Positions 36,800 to 48,067 of a stretch of 64,000 bases of DNA are shown here, piece by piece (position 1 is the stretch's first letter; every line of letters begins with the position of its first letter). The DNA comes from Negaprion brevirostris. Taxonomy: Eukaryota. Location: contig JARDVH010000059.1 of the NCBI GenBank assembly GCA_030324005.1, forward strand, positions 53,468,817-53,532,816, written 5' to 3'. Under the pieces are notes generated by a model. That model had not been told where the DNA came from and searched no databases. It saw only the letters and a list, made by a program, of their open reading frames with translations. The position numbers and the translations under genes were made by a program.

Positions 36800-38725
36800 T
36801 GGAATGAATGCAGTTCATGTTTTGCACATGTTAAGTTTATGGAGGCAGCTGCCACACAACATAAAGATATCATTAGCTGCTTAAGTAATGTGTCCACTGC
36901 CTGCACTGCCTTGGGGGAACCTTGCTGTACTATTTGTTGTGGACTGCTGCATCCTGCACAACTTTTGTTGTTATGAAGGCAAAGCTGGTCCCACCACAAT
37001 GTACTGTGAGCAGTTGAGGAGGGGCAAGAAGGGAGGAGGCAAACAATAATCCCCTTTCTCATTGGGCTGTCCATGATGAGCTGATCCAATTGCAAAAGTA
37101 GTGAAAGACACCAGAATTGGTTTGAGGCAGCATGCAGACATAGGATAGCTTGTCTGTGGAGTTATTTTCCCCCAAAAAGAGTGAAGGCTGGATCCTTGAA
37201 TATGTTAAAGATTGAGTTAGGTGGATTTTTGATGCACAAGGACGTAAAGAATTATGGGGGGCAAACATGAATGTGGAGCTGAGACCACAACCAGATCAGC
37301 CATGNNNNNNNNNNNNNNNNNNNNNNNNNNNNNNNNNNNNNNNNNNNATTCCTGCTGCTCCATCCCAGATTCCTATGTTCTGCTTTGTGCTGTAATCAAA
37401 ACTAACACATTGGGCCCGCTGCATCATGATTGAGTTTGCATATGTTTTCTCAAAGTAGGCCACCACTTCCACTTTCAAAAGAATGGGCTCCAAACTCTTG
37501 TGCAATGCACTGTGTGAGGTTAGTGCCAATCACTTCATGCTCCTTGGCAGTGAACACAGACTTTCTTGCAGTCTTCCAATTCACTAAACATTTCTGGGTG
37601 CGTCCATGACCACTAATTGCAGTATGTCACCCTACTGAGTTCCTCACTTAAGGTTTCTGCTGCAGAACTTGTGTGACCTTGCTATTTGGCGAGCTGGCAC
37701 ATGCACTATCGTTTCACTTTGCCCTAATTGCGATGCACTCATGCCAGGTGATGCATCACATGAAGATCCTGCTTCTAGGCCCTCCAATGTATATGGATAT
37801 GTCAGGATCTAAGCTGGTGACTGAGAGTGCAAGATTCAAAGAAACACTTGCATTTCATAACCTCAAAGTCCCAAAACGCTTTACAACAATGAAGCACATT
37901 TGAAGTGTAGTCACTGTTATATTATTGGAATCAGAGCAGCCAGTTTCATGGCTCATCATCCAAAATTCCTGATCCCAAAGTCCCCCATATCCTTTGACAC
38001 TCAAGAGTTGTATCTTAACCCTTCTTGAAAATTCACCCCAAGAGCTACATCTCACTTTTTCTTGAAAACCATTTCCTGCTCCTGAACCACTGCCAATGCA
38101 ATTTGCAGTTCTTGGATATCTAAGAAGACAAAGACACCTACTGTTATGGTGAAGGGAGGGTAACAAGCAGTGCACCCTAATTAAATCTACAGCTGGCAAG
38201 GCAGAAAATATTGTGGAATGAGGAGTAAAGTTGGATGGGAGAAGCAGGATTATGATGCTATCATCTTCACATTTTAGCCATTGCCCTTCTAGTGATGGCA
38301 AACATCATCTTCTCCATGGGCTTAAGGATGTACAACTCTATCTGTCTTTACCAGTTAGGTACTGCTGCCTGGGGTTCGACACCATCTTGTCCTGCAAGAG
38401 AGAGAGAGAAGTGTGTCAGTAAGTGTGGTGCAATATGTTTGGGTAATAGGACTGTCATTGGCTAAACAGTTAGCTTAGTATAAGATGTGAGGTGTGAGAC
38501 TTGCAGTAGTGCTTAGTGTGAGAGGGTGAAATGTAGCCACAAATGTGAGGGATATGTTTTGTTTGATAGCAATTGTTCATAGGTGAATTTAGCAGTGTCT
38601 GAAGGTGATGATTCGGATGCAAGGTTATGACATTTGAAGATTACTTCACTGAGCTAGATCACTGGCGTGATGCAGCAATGCATCCAGGTCCTCAGTCCAA
38701 CATTCCTGGCATTGACCTCTGTAGA
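36800..38725. mobile_element. Second decayed Harbinger element (transposase C-terminus on +, Myb/SANT gene on -)
   Basis: + strand near 36935: FVVDCCILHNF. Minus strand near 38720: EVNARNVGLRTWMHC. Minus strand near 38392: ctcttgcag|DKMVSNPRQQYLTG..ILKPME. Same layout as 15640-18228. Confidence 0.55.
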
Positions 38726-38733
38726 TAACTGCT

Positions 38734-38881
38734 GTAAAAAGTCTGACAACACCAGGTTTTCGTCCAACCGATTTATTTGACAGTAAACTCACAAGCTTTC
38801 GAGGGGACACCCTCTTCGTCAGGTGAATGGAGAGTTCTGGCCTCGGACAGAGCATATACAGCACAGACAGTTTAGAGATTA
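38734..38881 (-). mobile_element. Penelope-like element terminal repeat
   Basis: aagtctgacaacaccagg..tccaaccgatttatttga family sequence. The segment atatacagcacagacagtttagagatta recurs at 40425-40452. Confidence 0.7.
38787..38828 (-). ncRNA. Minimal type I hammerhead ribozyme (Penelope-type)
   Basis: Minus strand AUUCAC-CUGACGA-A-GAGGG-UGUC-CCCUC-GAAA-GC-UU-GUGAGU: CUGANGA and GAAA core, 5-bp stem II, stem I, palindromic AAGCUU in place of stem III. Confidence 0.75.
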
Positions 38882-39825
38882 AAACTCCCCCAGTGTAAAC
38901 TCAGTCTCTGATTGTAAACCTCCCCTCATGTAAACTCAGTCACTGAGAGTAAATGTCCCCCACTGTAAACCCAGCCACTGAGAAAACTCTTCCAGTGTAA
39001 ACTCAGTCTCTGATTGTAAAAATCCCCCAGTGTAAACGCAGTCACTGAGAGTAAAATTCCCCCAGTGTAAACTCAGTCTCTGATTGTAAAACTCTCCCAG
39101 TGTAAACTCAGTCTCTGATTGTAAAACTCTCCCACTGTAAACTTAGTCACTGAGAGTAAAACTCCCCAGTGTAAACTCAGTTTCTGGGAGTTAAACAATC
39201 CCAGTGTAATCTCAGTTACTAGAGTAATCCTCCTCAAGTGTACACTCAGTCACTGAGAGTAAAACTCCCCCGTGTATACTCAATCTAAAATTGTCCAACT
39301 CACCCAGTGTAAGCTCGGTTACTGAGAGTAAAGCTCCCCCAGTGTAAACCCAGCTGTTGAGTGTAAAACTTCCCCCCGCTGTGCAAACTCAGTCACTGAG
39401 AGTATAAGTCCCCAGTATAACCCGAGCCACTGAGAATAAAACGCTCCCAGTGAAAACACAGTCTTTGATTGTATTCCTCCCCTCGTGTAAACTAGGTCAC
39501 TGAGTGTAAACACCTCCAGTGTAAACTCAGTCACTGCGAGTAAACCTTCACCAGTGTAAACTCAGTTTCTGATTATAAACCTCCCACAGTGCAAACTTAT
39601 CACTGAGAGTAAAACTCCCCCAGTGTAAACTCAGTCACTGAGAGTAAAACTCCTCCAGTCTAAATTCAATGTCTGATAGTAAAACTCCCCCAGTGTAAAC
39701 TCAGTCACTGAGAATTAACCTCCCCCAGTGTAAACTCAATCACTGAGACTTAACCTCCCCCAGTATAACCACAGTCACAGAGTAAAACTCCCCCAGTGTT
39801 AACTCTGAGAGCGAAACTCCCCCAT
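38881..39825. repeat. 35-bp minisatellite, about 27 copies
   Basis: Consensus aaaactcccccagtgtaaactcagtcactgagagt, with a recurring variant ending actcagtctctgattgt. Confidence 0.95.
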
Positions 39826-40187
39826 AGCTATGAGATCTACAGCAAGGTGAAATTGCATTGCAGTCTTACAGGCCACCATAGTATTTGGTTCTAATGCATT
39901 ATGAATCATACTTTGCAGACTTGATTAGTGAATAGAAGCAATATTATAGATATTATTTACACTGCTGGAGTTATCCAGGGATAGAGAGAGAGAACAGGGA
40001 TAGAGAACTTTGTTTAATTTTTCTATGGAATTTCCTGTCTTCTCCAACTCTGGATCCAACTTCTTCCTACAACCTTTAACCTCTTTTTTGATCTCCTTCT
40101 TGCTTTGTGGTGGCCTTTCACCTAAAAGCGGTAACAGGAAAATTTGCAATGACTTTAAAATGTTTGAGGAATCTGTAATTGTTTTTG

Positions 40188-40475
40188 ATGTGGAGATGCC
40201 GGTGTTGGATTGGGGTAAACACAGTAAGAGGTCTCACAACATCAGGTTACACTATCAAGGGCAGAAGTCTGAGTAGTGTTGTAGAGCAGAAGGATCTTGG
40301 GGTCCGGGTCCACAGGACTCTTAANNNNNNNNNNNNNNNNNNNNNNNNNNNNNNNNNNNNNNNNNNNNNNNNNNNNNNNNNNNNNNNNNNNNNNNNNNNN
40401 NNNNNNNNNNNNNNNNNNNNNNNNATATACAGCACAGACAGTTTAGAGATTACTGATTAGAATGCGAATCTTTAC
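40188..40475. mobile_element. Penelope-repeat end joined to a CR1 fragment, gap, and more Penelope repeat
   Basis: atgtggagatgccggtgttggattggggtaaacacagtaagaggtctcacaac, then YTIKGRSLSSVVEQKDLGVRVHRTL (CR1), Ns, then atatacagcacagacagtttagagatta. Confidence 0.6.
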
Positions 40476-40763
40476 ACCTAACCTGCTGTTCAAGTCCTAA
40501 AAAACTGCTACCATTGCCTGTTCCGAATTTGTCTGGTTGGCCTCCTGGCCATTGTCTACCTCCTGCATCAAAGACTTTAGTGCTGCATGGGAGAGCCTTA
40601 GGGTGTTCTCTCTGCCCATGTTGTGCAATCAACCATTGTTCTCACTGCTTAGAATGTCTCCCCAGCTACCTCCATCACCTGCTGTTACTATAATGTACCC
40701 TTCTTTAAATAGATGCTTATTGACATTAAGTAGTTTATTTTAACGAGCTTTAAATGGTGGTAG

Positions 40764-40764
<1 letters not shown>

Positions 40765-40812
<48 letters not shown>
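40765..40812. repeat. (CA)24 microsatellite
   Basis: Perfect dinucleotide run. Confidence 0.98.
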
Positions 40813-40816
<4 letters not shown>

Positions 40817-40999
40817 CAGAACCACTGTGTGGAGCCACTCAGCGGTGCATTTAGTGCTGGGCTACATCCAGCTATTTTGTAAATCCACAGCCAACACCAA
40901 GTTTGTGTGCTGCTTGCACTAGAATGAATAGGCATGAATTAATTGCACATTACAACCTCGGCACTAATTTTCCCATGCTTAACTTTACTCCCTCATTCT

Positions 41000-41290
41000 T
41001 TCCATGGTAGATGAGTTTGTGTCCAGAGGGCACAGACTTGAGGCGATTGGCAAAAGAGCCAGATGTGACACAAGAAATCTGTCTTAAGCAGTGAGTTGTG
41101 ATCTGGAATGCAGTGCTTGAAAGGACAGAGAAGTGGATTCCAAGGATAATTGAACAAATACATGAAGGGGAGATATTTACAGGGCTATGGAAAAAGTATT
41201 GGGGAGTGGAATAAATTGTGCATCTCTTCTAAAGACACGACACAAACATAGCACCAAATGGCGTCTTCATCTGTGCTGTATGAATTCATG
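41000..41290 (+). mobile_element. Decayed CR1 3' fragment
   Basis: agagggcacagacttgagg..atctggaatgcagtgcttgaaagg..ttacagggctatggaaaaag. Confidence 0.6.
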
Positions 41291-41425
41291 TTATAGCATG
41301 ACTTTTTATTTTAAAAAGGCAATTATATCTTGGTATGAAAGTAGTATGAAAAATTGTAGCATTACTTTACCTTTGTATATTGTCATGCATTTATTAAAAA
41401 CTAACATACACTGCTCTCTTTGTAG

Positions 41426-41515
41426 GTTCCAGGAGAAATTTGAGAAATGACCTGCTGGTGGCAGCAGACTCTATTACAAATACAATGTCATCTTTGGTAA
41501 AAGAGTTGAATTCAG
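41426..41515 (+). CDS. DTNA: Alpha-dystrobrevin-1 exon
   Basis: ttgtag|GT ... G|gtaagt, 90 nt, phase 1-1. Encodes [29 protein letters not shown]. Confidence 0.98.
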
Positions 41516-41649
41516 GTAAGTGATCATAATCAATGAGATCCTATTAGCAGTATATTCTTCATATTATCCTGATAGTGATTTTATTATTAGCCTTGAGGTT
41601 CTCCTCATTGGCCTTTTATGATCTCTGTCCACACTTCCCACTGCCTCAG

Positions 41650-41953
41650 CGAAGCAGCCAGCATAATTAAGGACCCTGGACGTTCTCTCTTCCATTGGGA
41701 AAAAAATACAAAAGTCTGAGGTCAAGGACCAATCGATATAAGAACAACTTCTTCTCTGCTGCCATGAGACTTTTGAATGGACTTACCTTGCACTAAGTTG
41801 ATCTTTCTCTACACCCCAGCTATAACTAACACTACATTCTGCACTGTCTTGTTTCCTTCTCTATGAACGGTATGCTTTGTCTGTATAGCACGCAAGAAAC
41901 AGTACTTTTCACTGCATGCTAATACACGTGACAATAATAAATCAAATCAAATC
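41650..41953 (+). mobile_element. Rex1/Babar-like LINE 3' end
   Basis: YKSLRSRTNRYKNNFFSAAMRLLN, then a 3'UTR ending gtgacaataataaatcaaatcaaatc. Confidence 0.7.
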
Positions 41954-42214
41954 TTATCTTCCAACCAGATTGATGGCTTAGGGAACTCTTATCCTTAACA
42001 TAGATAAACAACCTTCCCAACAAGTTAAAAAACAGAATATGTGGTTTGCGCATCAGGGAAAACTCAAGATCACATCAGTTCACTGCAAGACAATCTTATG
42101 GAATTGCAGTACCAATGGGAGATTAATTTTGTTATCAAAATGCATACAACCAACAAAAAGGATCTACCACTAGATAGCTTTAAGTTCTGTAATCAAATTT
42201 TCCAATAAGTTGAC

Positions 42215-42600
42215 ACACAGACTTACCTAGGGTCCAGCTTAAAAACAATCTTCAGTGGAGATTCCATATTCAGTAGATGACATCCAAAGTAAACAGGTAT
42301 CTCAGGTTTCTGAGGAAAGTCTTTAATATTGCAAAAAAAAATCAGTGACAATTTACCAAACATTCGTTTGTCCAGTCCTAGAATATATAAATTGTTTCTG
42401 GCAACTTTTATGTTGTAAGAGAACTAAATCAGATTGAAGCAATCCAAAGATGAATCAGTGTGGGATATATATCAGTATCACATCCTGGACCAACGATTTG
42501 AAATGAAAATCACTGCAGCAAAGGAGAGAGGAAAGTTGACAGACCATGTTGCATAAAATATGGAATGGTCTGGTGAGAATTGGCAAAACATGTCACATGA
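42215..42600 (+). mobile_element. Old CR1/L2-clade LINE ORF2 fragment
   Basis: Remnants YLG..NNLQWRFHI..SKVNR..YQTFVCPVLEY..NQIEAIQR. Confidence 0.5.
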
Positions 42601-43626
42601 ACCCATTCATTTTACTTTAAAGGCATTGTCCAAAAACTTAATAATNNNNNNNNNNNNNNNNNNNNNNNNNNNNNNNNNNNNNNNNNNNNNNNNNNNNNNN
42701 NNNNNNNNNNNNNNNNNNNNNNNNNNNNNNNNNNNNNNNNNNNNNNNNNNNNNNNNNNNNNNNNNNNNNNNNNNNNNNNNNNNNNNNNNNNNNNNNNNNN
42801 NNNNNNNNNNNNNNNNNNNNNNNNNNNNNNNNNNNNNNNNNNNNNNNNNNNNNNNNNNNNNNNNNNNNNNNNNNNNNNNNNNNNNNNNNNNNNNNNNNNN
42901 NNNNNNNNNNNNNNNNNNNNNNNNNNNNNNNNNNNNNNNNNNNNNNNNNNNNNNNNNNNNNNNNNNNNNNNNNNNNNNNNNNNNNNNNNNNNNNNNNNNN
43001 NNNNNNNNNNNNNNNNNNNNNNNNNNNNNNNNNNNNNNNNNNNNNNNNNNNNNNNNNNNNNNNNNNNNNNNNNNNNNNNNNNNNNNNNNNNNNNNNNNNN
43101 NNNNNNNNNNNNNNNNNNNNNNNNNNNNNNNNNNNNNNNNNNNNNNNNNNNNNNNNNNNNNNNNNNNNNNNNNNNNNNNNNNNNNNNNNNNNNNNNNNNN
43201 NNNNNNNNNNNNNNNNNNNNNNNNNNNNNNNNNNNNNNNNNNNNNNNNNNNNNNNNNNNNNNNNNNNNNNNNNNNNNNNNNNNNNNNNNNNNNNNNNNNN
43301 NNNNNNNNNNNNNNNNNNNNNNNNNNNNNNNNNNNNNNNNNNNNNNNNNNNNNNNNNNNNNNNNNNNNNNNNNNNNNNNNNNNNNNNNNNNNNNNNNNNN
43401 NNNNNNNNNNNNNNNNNNNNNNNNNNNNNNNNNNNNNNNNNNNNNNNNNNNNNNNNNNNNNNNNNNNNNNNNNNNNNNNNNNNNNNNNNNNNNNNNNAAA
43501 GGTCATTCATGCAACATTTTTGACTGTTGTGTTTCAGAGAGGTGAAAGAAATCTTTGATATCAACTATTAGAGCGTATGATTATTGGTACATTGGAAGCA
43601 AATCACTTCGTGTGCAGTAAGGGCAG

Positions 43627-43886
43627 TGCCAGGGACCCGGGTTCAACTCCTGGCTTGCGTCACTGACTGTACAAAGTCTGCATGTTCTCCATGTTTGTAT
43701 GGATTACCTCTGGGTGCTCTGGTTTCCTCTGACAATCTGAAAGATGTGTTGGTTAAGTGCGTTGGCCGTGCTAAATTCTCTCTCAATGTACCCAAACAAG
43801 CACCAAATGTGGCGACAAGGGGATTTTCACAGTAACTTCATTGCAGTGTTAATATAAACCTACTTGTGACTAATAAATACATTTCA
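43627..43886 (+). mobile_element. tRNA-derived SINE with L2-like tail
   Basis: gccagggacccgggttcaactcctggcttgcgtcactg ... cagtaacttcattgcagtgttaatataaacctacttgtgactaataaa. Confidence 0.85.
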
Positions 43887-44412
43887 AACTTCTAAACTTT
43901 AAGATCTTAGGATGCATTACTGCACCAATTCAATTTTCCTGAAGGTAATTTTTCCATTCCAATTCTCTTCCTGTGCCTAGTGGTGCACTAAAACAGAATT
44001 TTGTCTGTTTCCATTGCCAGTTATTCCTGAACTGGTCACTACTCCATCACTTTATGCGGTGCTCTCAATTGTGACTGACCAGGAGTCTTTTCCACTCTTA
44101 ATGCCAGCCATTGGCAAGTTGGAAGAATTTGCAGATTTTCATGCTCAACCCTGTTTGACCACATTATAGACTGTCCTAAAGGTCATTCATTACTAGTTCT
44201 TAAGTGTTTCATCTTACATTATGTTGAAAACAAAACAAATTATATTCCTATTAATAAATGATATAATTCTCAAGCTCCCATATGCTTTGTAAAGTTGGAC
44301 CTTAATAACTTGGTACAATAAAAGTGCACCCCATCTCAATTTTAGACATGTTGGCAGAAGAACTGAACTGTTTGTCTCACTGCTCATGGAAGTTTTGCTT
44401 TCAATCCAGCAG

Positions 44413-44581
44413 AGGGTGGCAGTGAGACAGAAAGCAATGTGGACTCAGATTTTGGTCGCGCTCATTTAGATGACATTGTTCTTTCACCAACTTCTGAGAA
44501 GGCCTTTCTAGCTCAGATCAATGCCAGAAATCCGAGCTATGCGCACAGTGCAGCTGCAACAGGAACAATTCAAAGTGATAT
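44413..44581 (+). CDS. DTNA: Alpha-dystrobrevin-1 exon (tandem CAGCAG acceptor; alternative start 44410)
   Basis: ccagcag|AG ... AT|gtaagt, 169 nt, phase 1-2. Encodes GGSETESNVDSDFGRAHLDDIVLSPTSEKAFLAQINARNPSYAHSAAATGTIQSD. Confidence 0.95.
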
Positions 44582-45309
44582 GTAAGTATGAATAATTAGT
44601 ACTTTTGTTTTATCTTGTCATGAATACAGTTTTCAAAAGTTAAGCACACAGATGTTTGTAACAGTAAGTTATACTCTTATGCTTTTTTTCAGTAATTCTT
44701 TGGCTTTGTTTCTTTTCCTTCACTGCATGCTGCTTTTCCCAACCACCCCCACCCAAAGAAAAGTTTAAATAAAGCAACTAACTGAATCATCCTGCTGTGA
44801 AAAATAAATGTTCACATTTCTGACAAATAGTAGACATTTCTGTTAATTTGCTTTAAACTTATTCTTGCATTAAATGTTCAACGTATCAGACTTACTTTCA
44901 ACAAATGAAACTGTAATGACTCAGGAAGCCTGCCTGGAAAGGAACATAGTTTATTACAGAATGTAAAGTAAAATCATTACTGCGGTTATACACACATCTG
45001 TCCCTCTCTGGGACTAGAATTCAGCGGGCCCAGTCCTGGGGCTGTCTTATAACAGACTCAAGTAATGAGTTCCATCTGGACAAGCCACTGCCTGTTATCA
45101 GGGGAACTCGTACTCCACAGAGAGACCAATCAGTGATTCTCCTTGGACCTTGTGGGGATTATCACAAACACAACTTTTGGCACATCTACTGTAGTACAAC
45201 ATTGAATTCAAACTGTCAAATGAAGAGAGACTACTTACTCGTAAATTTTAGACAGGATTGGCTACGCATAATAACAAGCGGTAACTCCATCTCCAAGAGC
45301 GTTAGATAA

Positions 45310-45552
45310 ATAGAACATAGAAAATAGAAAAACTACAGCACAAACAGGCTCTTCGGCCCAAAAGTTGCACTGATCATACCTCTACCTACTAGACTTACCT
45401 ATAACCCTCAATCCTATTAAGTCCCATATACTCATCCAGAAGTCTCTTAAAAGACCCTATCGAATTTGCCTCCACCTCCACCACCACCACCAATGGCAGC
45501 CGATTCCACGCACCCACCACCCTCTGAGTGAAAAACTTACCCCTGACATCTC
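45310..45552 (-). mobile_element. CR1 LINE 3' end
   Basis: atagaacatagaaaa..ctacagcacaaacaggctcttcggccc tail and ggcagccgattccacgcacccaccaccctctgagtgaaaaac (reverse of FFTQRVVGAWNRLP). Confidence 0.85.
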
Positions 45553-45692
45553 CCGGAGCATTACAAATACACTAACAATATTAGAATTATATGAGCATGT
45601 ATTTGACTGAGGAAAGAGTGAATTTCCTTCTGGTGTACTAGTACAAATTAAGAGGCAAAGATGCTGCTATTTACAGTTTCAATCTTTGTAAG

Positions 45693-45825
45693 TGTTACAG
45701 AAGATGGTGAATCATACATCAGAACTGATGATGAAAGTTACGAAAATGAATCTGTTCATCAACTTGAACATGAGTTGAAGCTGGAGGAATACCTGAAGCA
45801 AAAACTGCAAGATGAGAGCTATCAG
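45693..45825 (+). CDS. DTNA: Alpha-dystrobrevin-1 tyrosine-phosphorylation tail exon
   Basis: ttgtaag|T ... CAG|gtgaga, 133 nt, phase 2-0. Encodes VTEDGESYIRTDDESYENESVHQLEHELKLEEYLKQKLQDESYQ. Confidence 0.93.
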
Positions 45826-48049
45826 GTGAGACAGGCCAATATGAACAATTACTAATGCTGAGGATCTGCTGCATATCATGTTTGTAGCAGCCAATTTGGC
45901 AAGAGAAAATGAGTATACATGACTTTGCCGAAACAGAGTAATTTTCAAATAGGTTACTAAATCTCAGGTCTGTAGGAAAGGTTCGACTCAGAGGACACAT
46001 CTCATCCATAAAAATATGTGCATGTGACCTGGTTTATATAAGTTGCCTTCTGAAAAGGAATTGGGAGTTTCTATCACTAGTTTGCATTTTACATGGCATT
46101 TTGCTCCATGTGGTATTTGGTTTGCAGGAGTGGTCTGCTATTTTTGCATTTTAAGGATGGGGACGGGTACTAGTGGGTCTTCCTGTTAATTATTCACTTT
46201 ATTATTTATTGGTCGCTGCTTGAGGAACCCGATGCAGGTTCTGTAAAACTTCACTGACCATTTGGAACTGACCATATCTTCACAATGGTAGAAATCATTT
46301 TAAAAAGAAATCAATGCTTTCTTTAACAAATTTTCATGTCCATTGAGTTGTTTCTATATATTCTGGTCAGCCAAAGCGAAGCTATCAATTTTGTGTTCCA
46401 AATTTGAAGACTTCCCAAGAACTTTGTTATTGAATCTTATCAGCCTGATATTCAGTGAAAAAATACAGAATTGTAGCAATGAAACAATGATCCTGAATTT
46501 CCTCGCAGTCTTTTACTGTGTCATGATTTTGCTGGAATTACAGGGGGGTTTGCACTGAACTTTTGCTAAAGTAACACAATAATAGAAAGTATTATGAACT
46601 TCATAGCCTATGCATACCTGAATTACTTGAAAATTGGTTCCATTTATCTCTATCTTCCCTCACCCCACCAGCAGCGTGTTTTCCAGCAACAAAGGCCGCT
46701 ATCAGGATCCTCCAGTCTCGCAAATGTCTACACCATTTTGCTTGCTGGGGAACTTACCACGGGGGGTTTGCCTTAATTGGGACTAGAAGATCCTCCCAGC
46801 AGAAGGACTGGAAAATCTCACCCACAGTCTCCACAAAGTAGATCTATAGGGTGTTAAAAGTAACTGGAAGACATTTGTATTAGGAGCATGGAATTCCATT
46901 CGGAAGAGCTACCCAAATTTGGAATCAATCCAACAGAATGTGGTGTAACATGAAATCAGAAATTATTAATTGTATTTCGAGTTATTTCGATAATAGAATT
47001 TAAAGTGGGCTAGTAGTTGATACTCGGCAGCAATAGCGCTGCGACGTGTCAGGCATCAGTGACTAGTATATGCTGCAATACCCATCTTGTACCTACGTGC
47101 ATTGTTCACAAATCCAATGTGAAAGTGCTGAAACGCTTTGAGCCTGTGCACCGTTGTCCATTATGCTCACTAAAACCCAAATTTCAAACAAAGAAGGAGA
47201 AGCCTCTTTAAGGTACTGGACAGTGCTCTAACTGGATGTTTCAATTAAGTTTTGCCATCAAAGATGCACTGCTGTTTTTATGTACCTGTTTGCAAATTAC
47301 TGAGGGTCATTACTACTTTCACCACCAGGGCAGCAATCTGATGGAATAAAGTACCTAACCATTCTGCTGTGGAACCTACCCAATTCCTATTCGCATCAGA
47401 TGACTTCTACAATAGTTGGGCAAACTAGACTTGCTGAAAATGAAATTTATTGCCATCGCTATGTTCTGTTGTAAAATAGAAAGTAGTGAAAGTTTATTAA
47501 GCCTTGTTATTCGTACTTATGGGTCCTGTGAATGATGCCAACCTGTGAGGAGCTATGGGTATGGCTACAGACTTACCACTTCCAGGCTCTGGAGGAGGAA
47601 AATCATAGGAAGCATGCACTTCTCAGATACAAATGCTACATTTTCTCAAACAAAGCTTTGCTTTTATTGTTAAAATAGATTGAATTAGAAAAATACCAAA
47701 CTGAAAGAGAAATTTAACTATATATTTTTAAGTAAGTTTTCATTCAAACTCCTATTTTCCTTTCAAACGATCGTCCTTTCAGAGCAAAGGTGCAGAATCA
47801 ATATCCATTCTAGATATTTTACACTTTCTTTTAACTTGCATCCTGCTTCATCAGGTGTGTAATCTATGGCGCTTACTGCTAGATCACTGTGCCACATATT
47901 CTTTTATTCTTTTCACCACATTTCTTATTTGAAGTTTCAGATTTTATTTGCACATCCCGCCTTTAAAAACACCATCATTCTTTTAAGTGGTCACATAACT
48001 TACTCCTTGGGCTCTCTCTCTTTTTCCTTATTTTATCTGCTATTTACAG

Positions 48050-48067
48050 GTCAGTTTGCAGGGGTGA
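48050..48067 (+). CDS. DTNA: Alpha-dystrobrevin-1 last coding exon (VSLQG*)
   Basis: Long pyrimidine tract, ttacag|GTC AGT TTG CAG GGG TGA, identical to the human C-terminus. Donor gc|gtaagt at 48088/48089. Confidence 0.92.
   Translation, partial: VSLQG

Noticed and set aside
38881-39825. CRISPR-like array (35-bp palindromic repeats)
   Set aside because: Units are directly adjacent with no unique spacers, there are no cas genes, and the context is a vertebrate intron.
42560-43564. Longest ORFs in the track (299-332 aa), and similar ORFs at 11478, 16060, 21620, 27585 and 52775
   Set aside because: They are artefacts of translating through N gaps.
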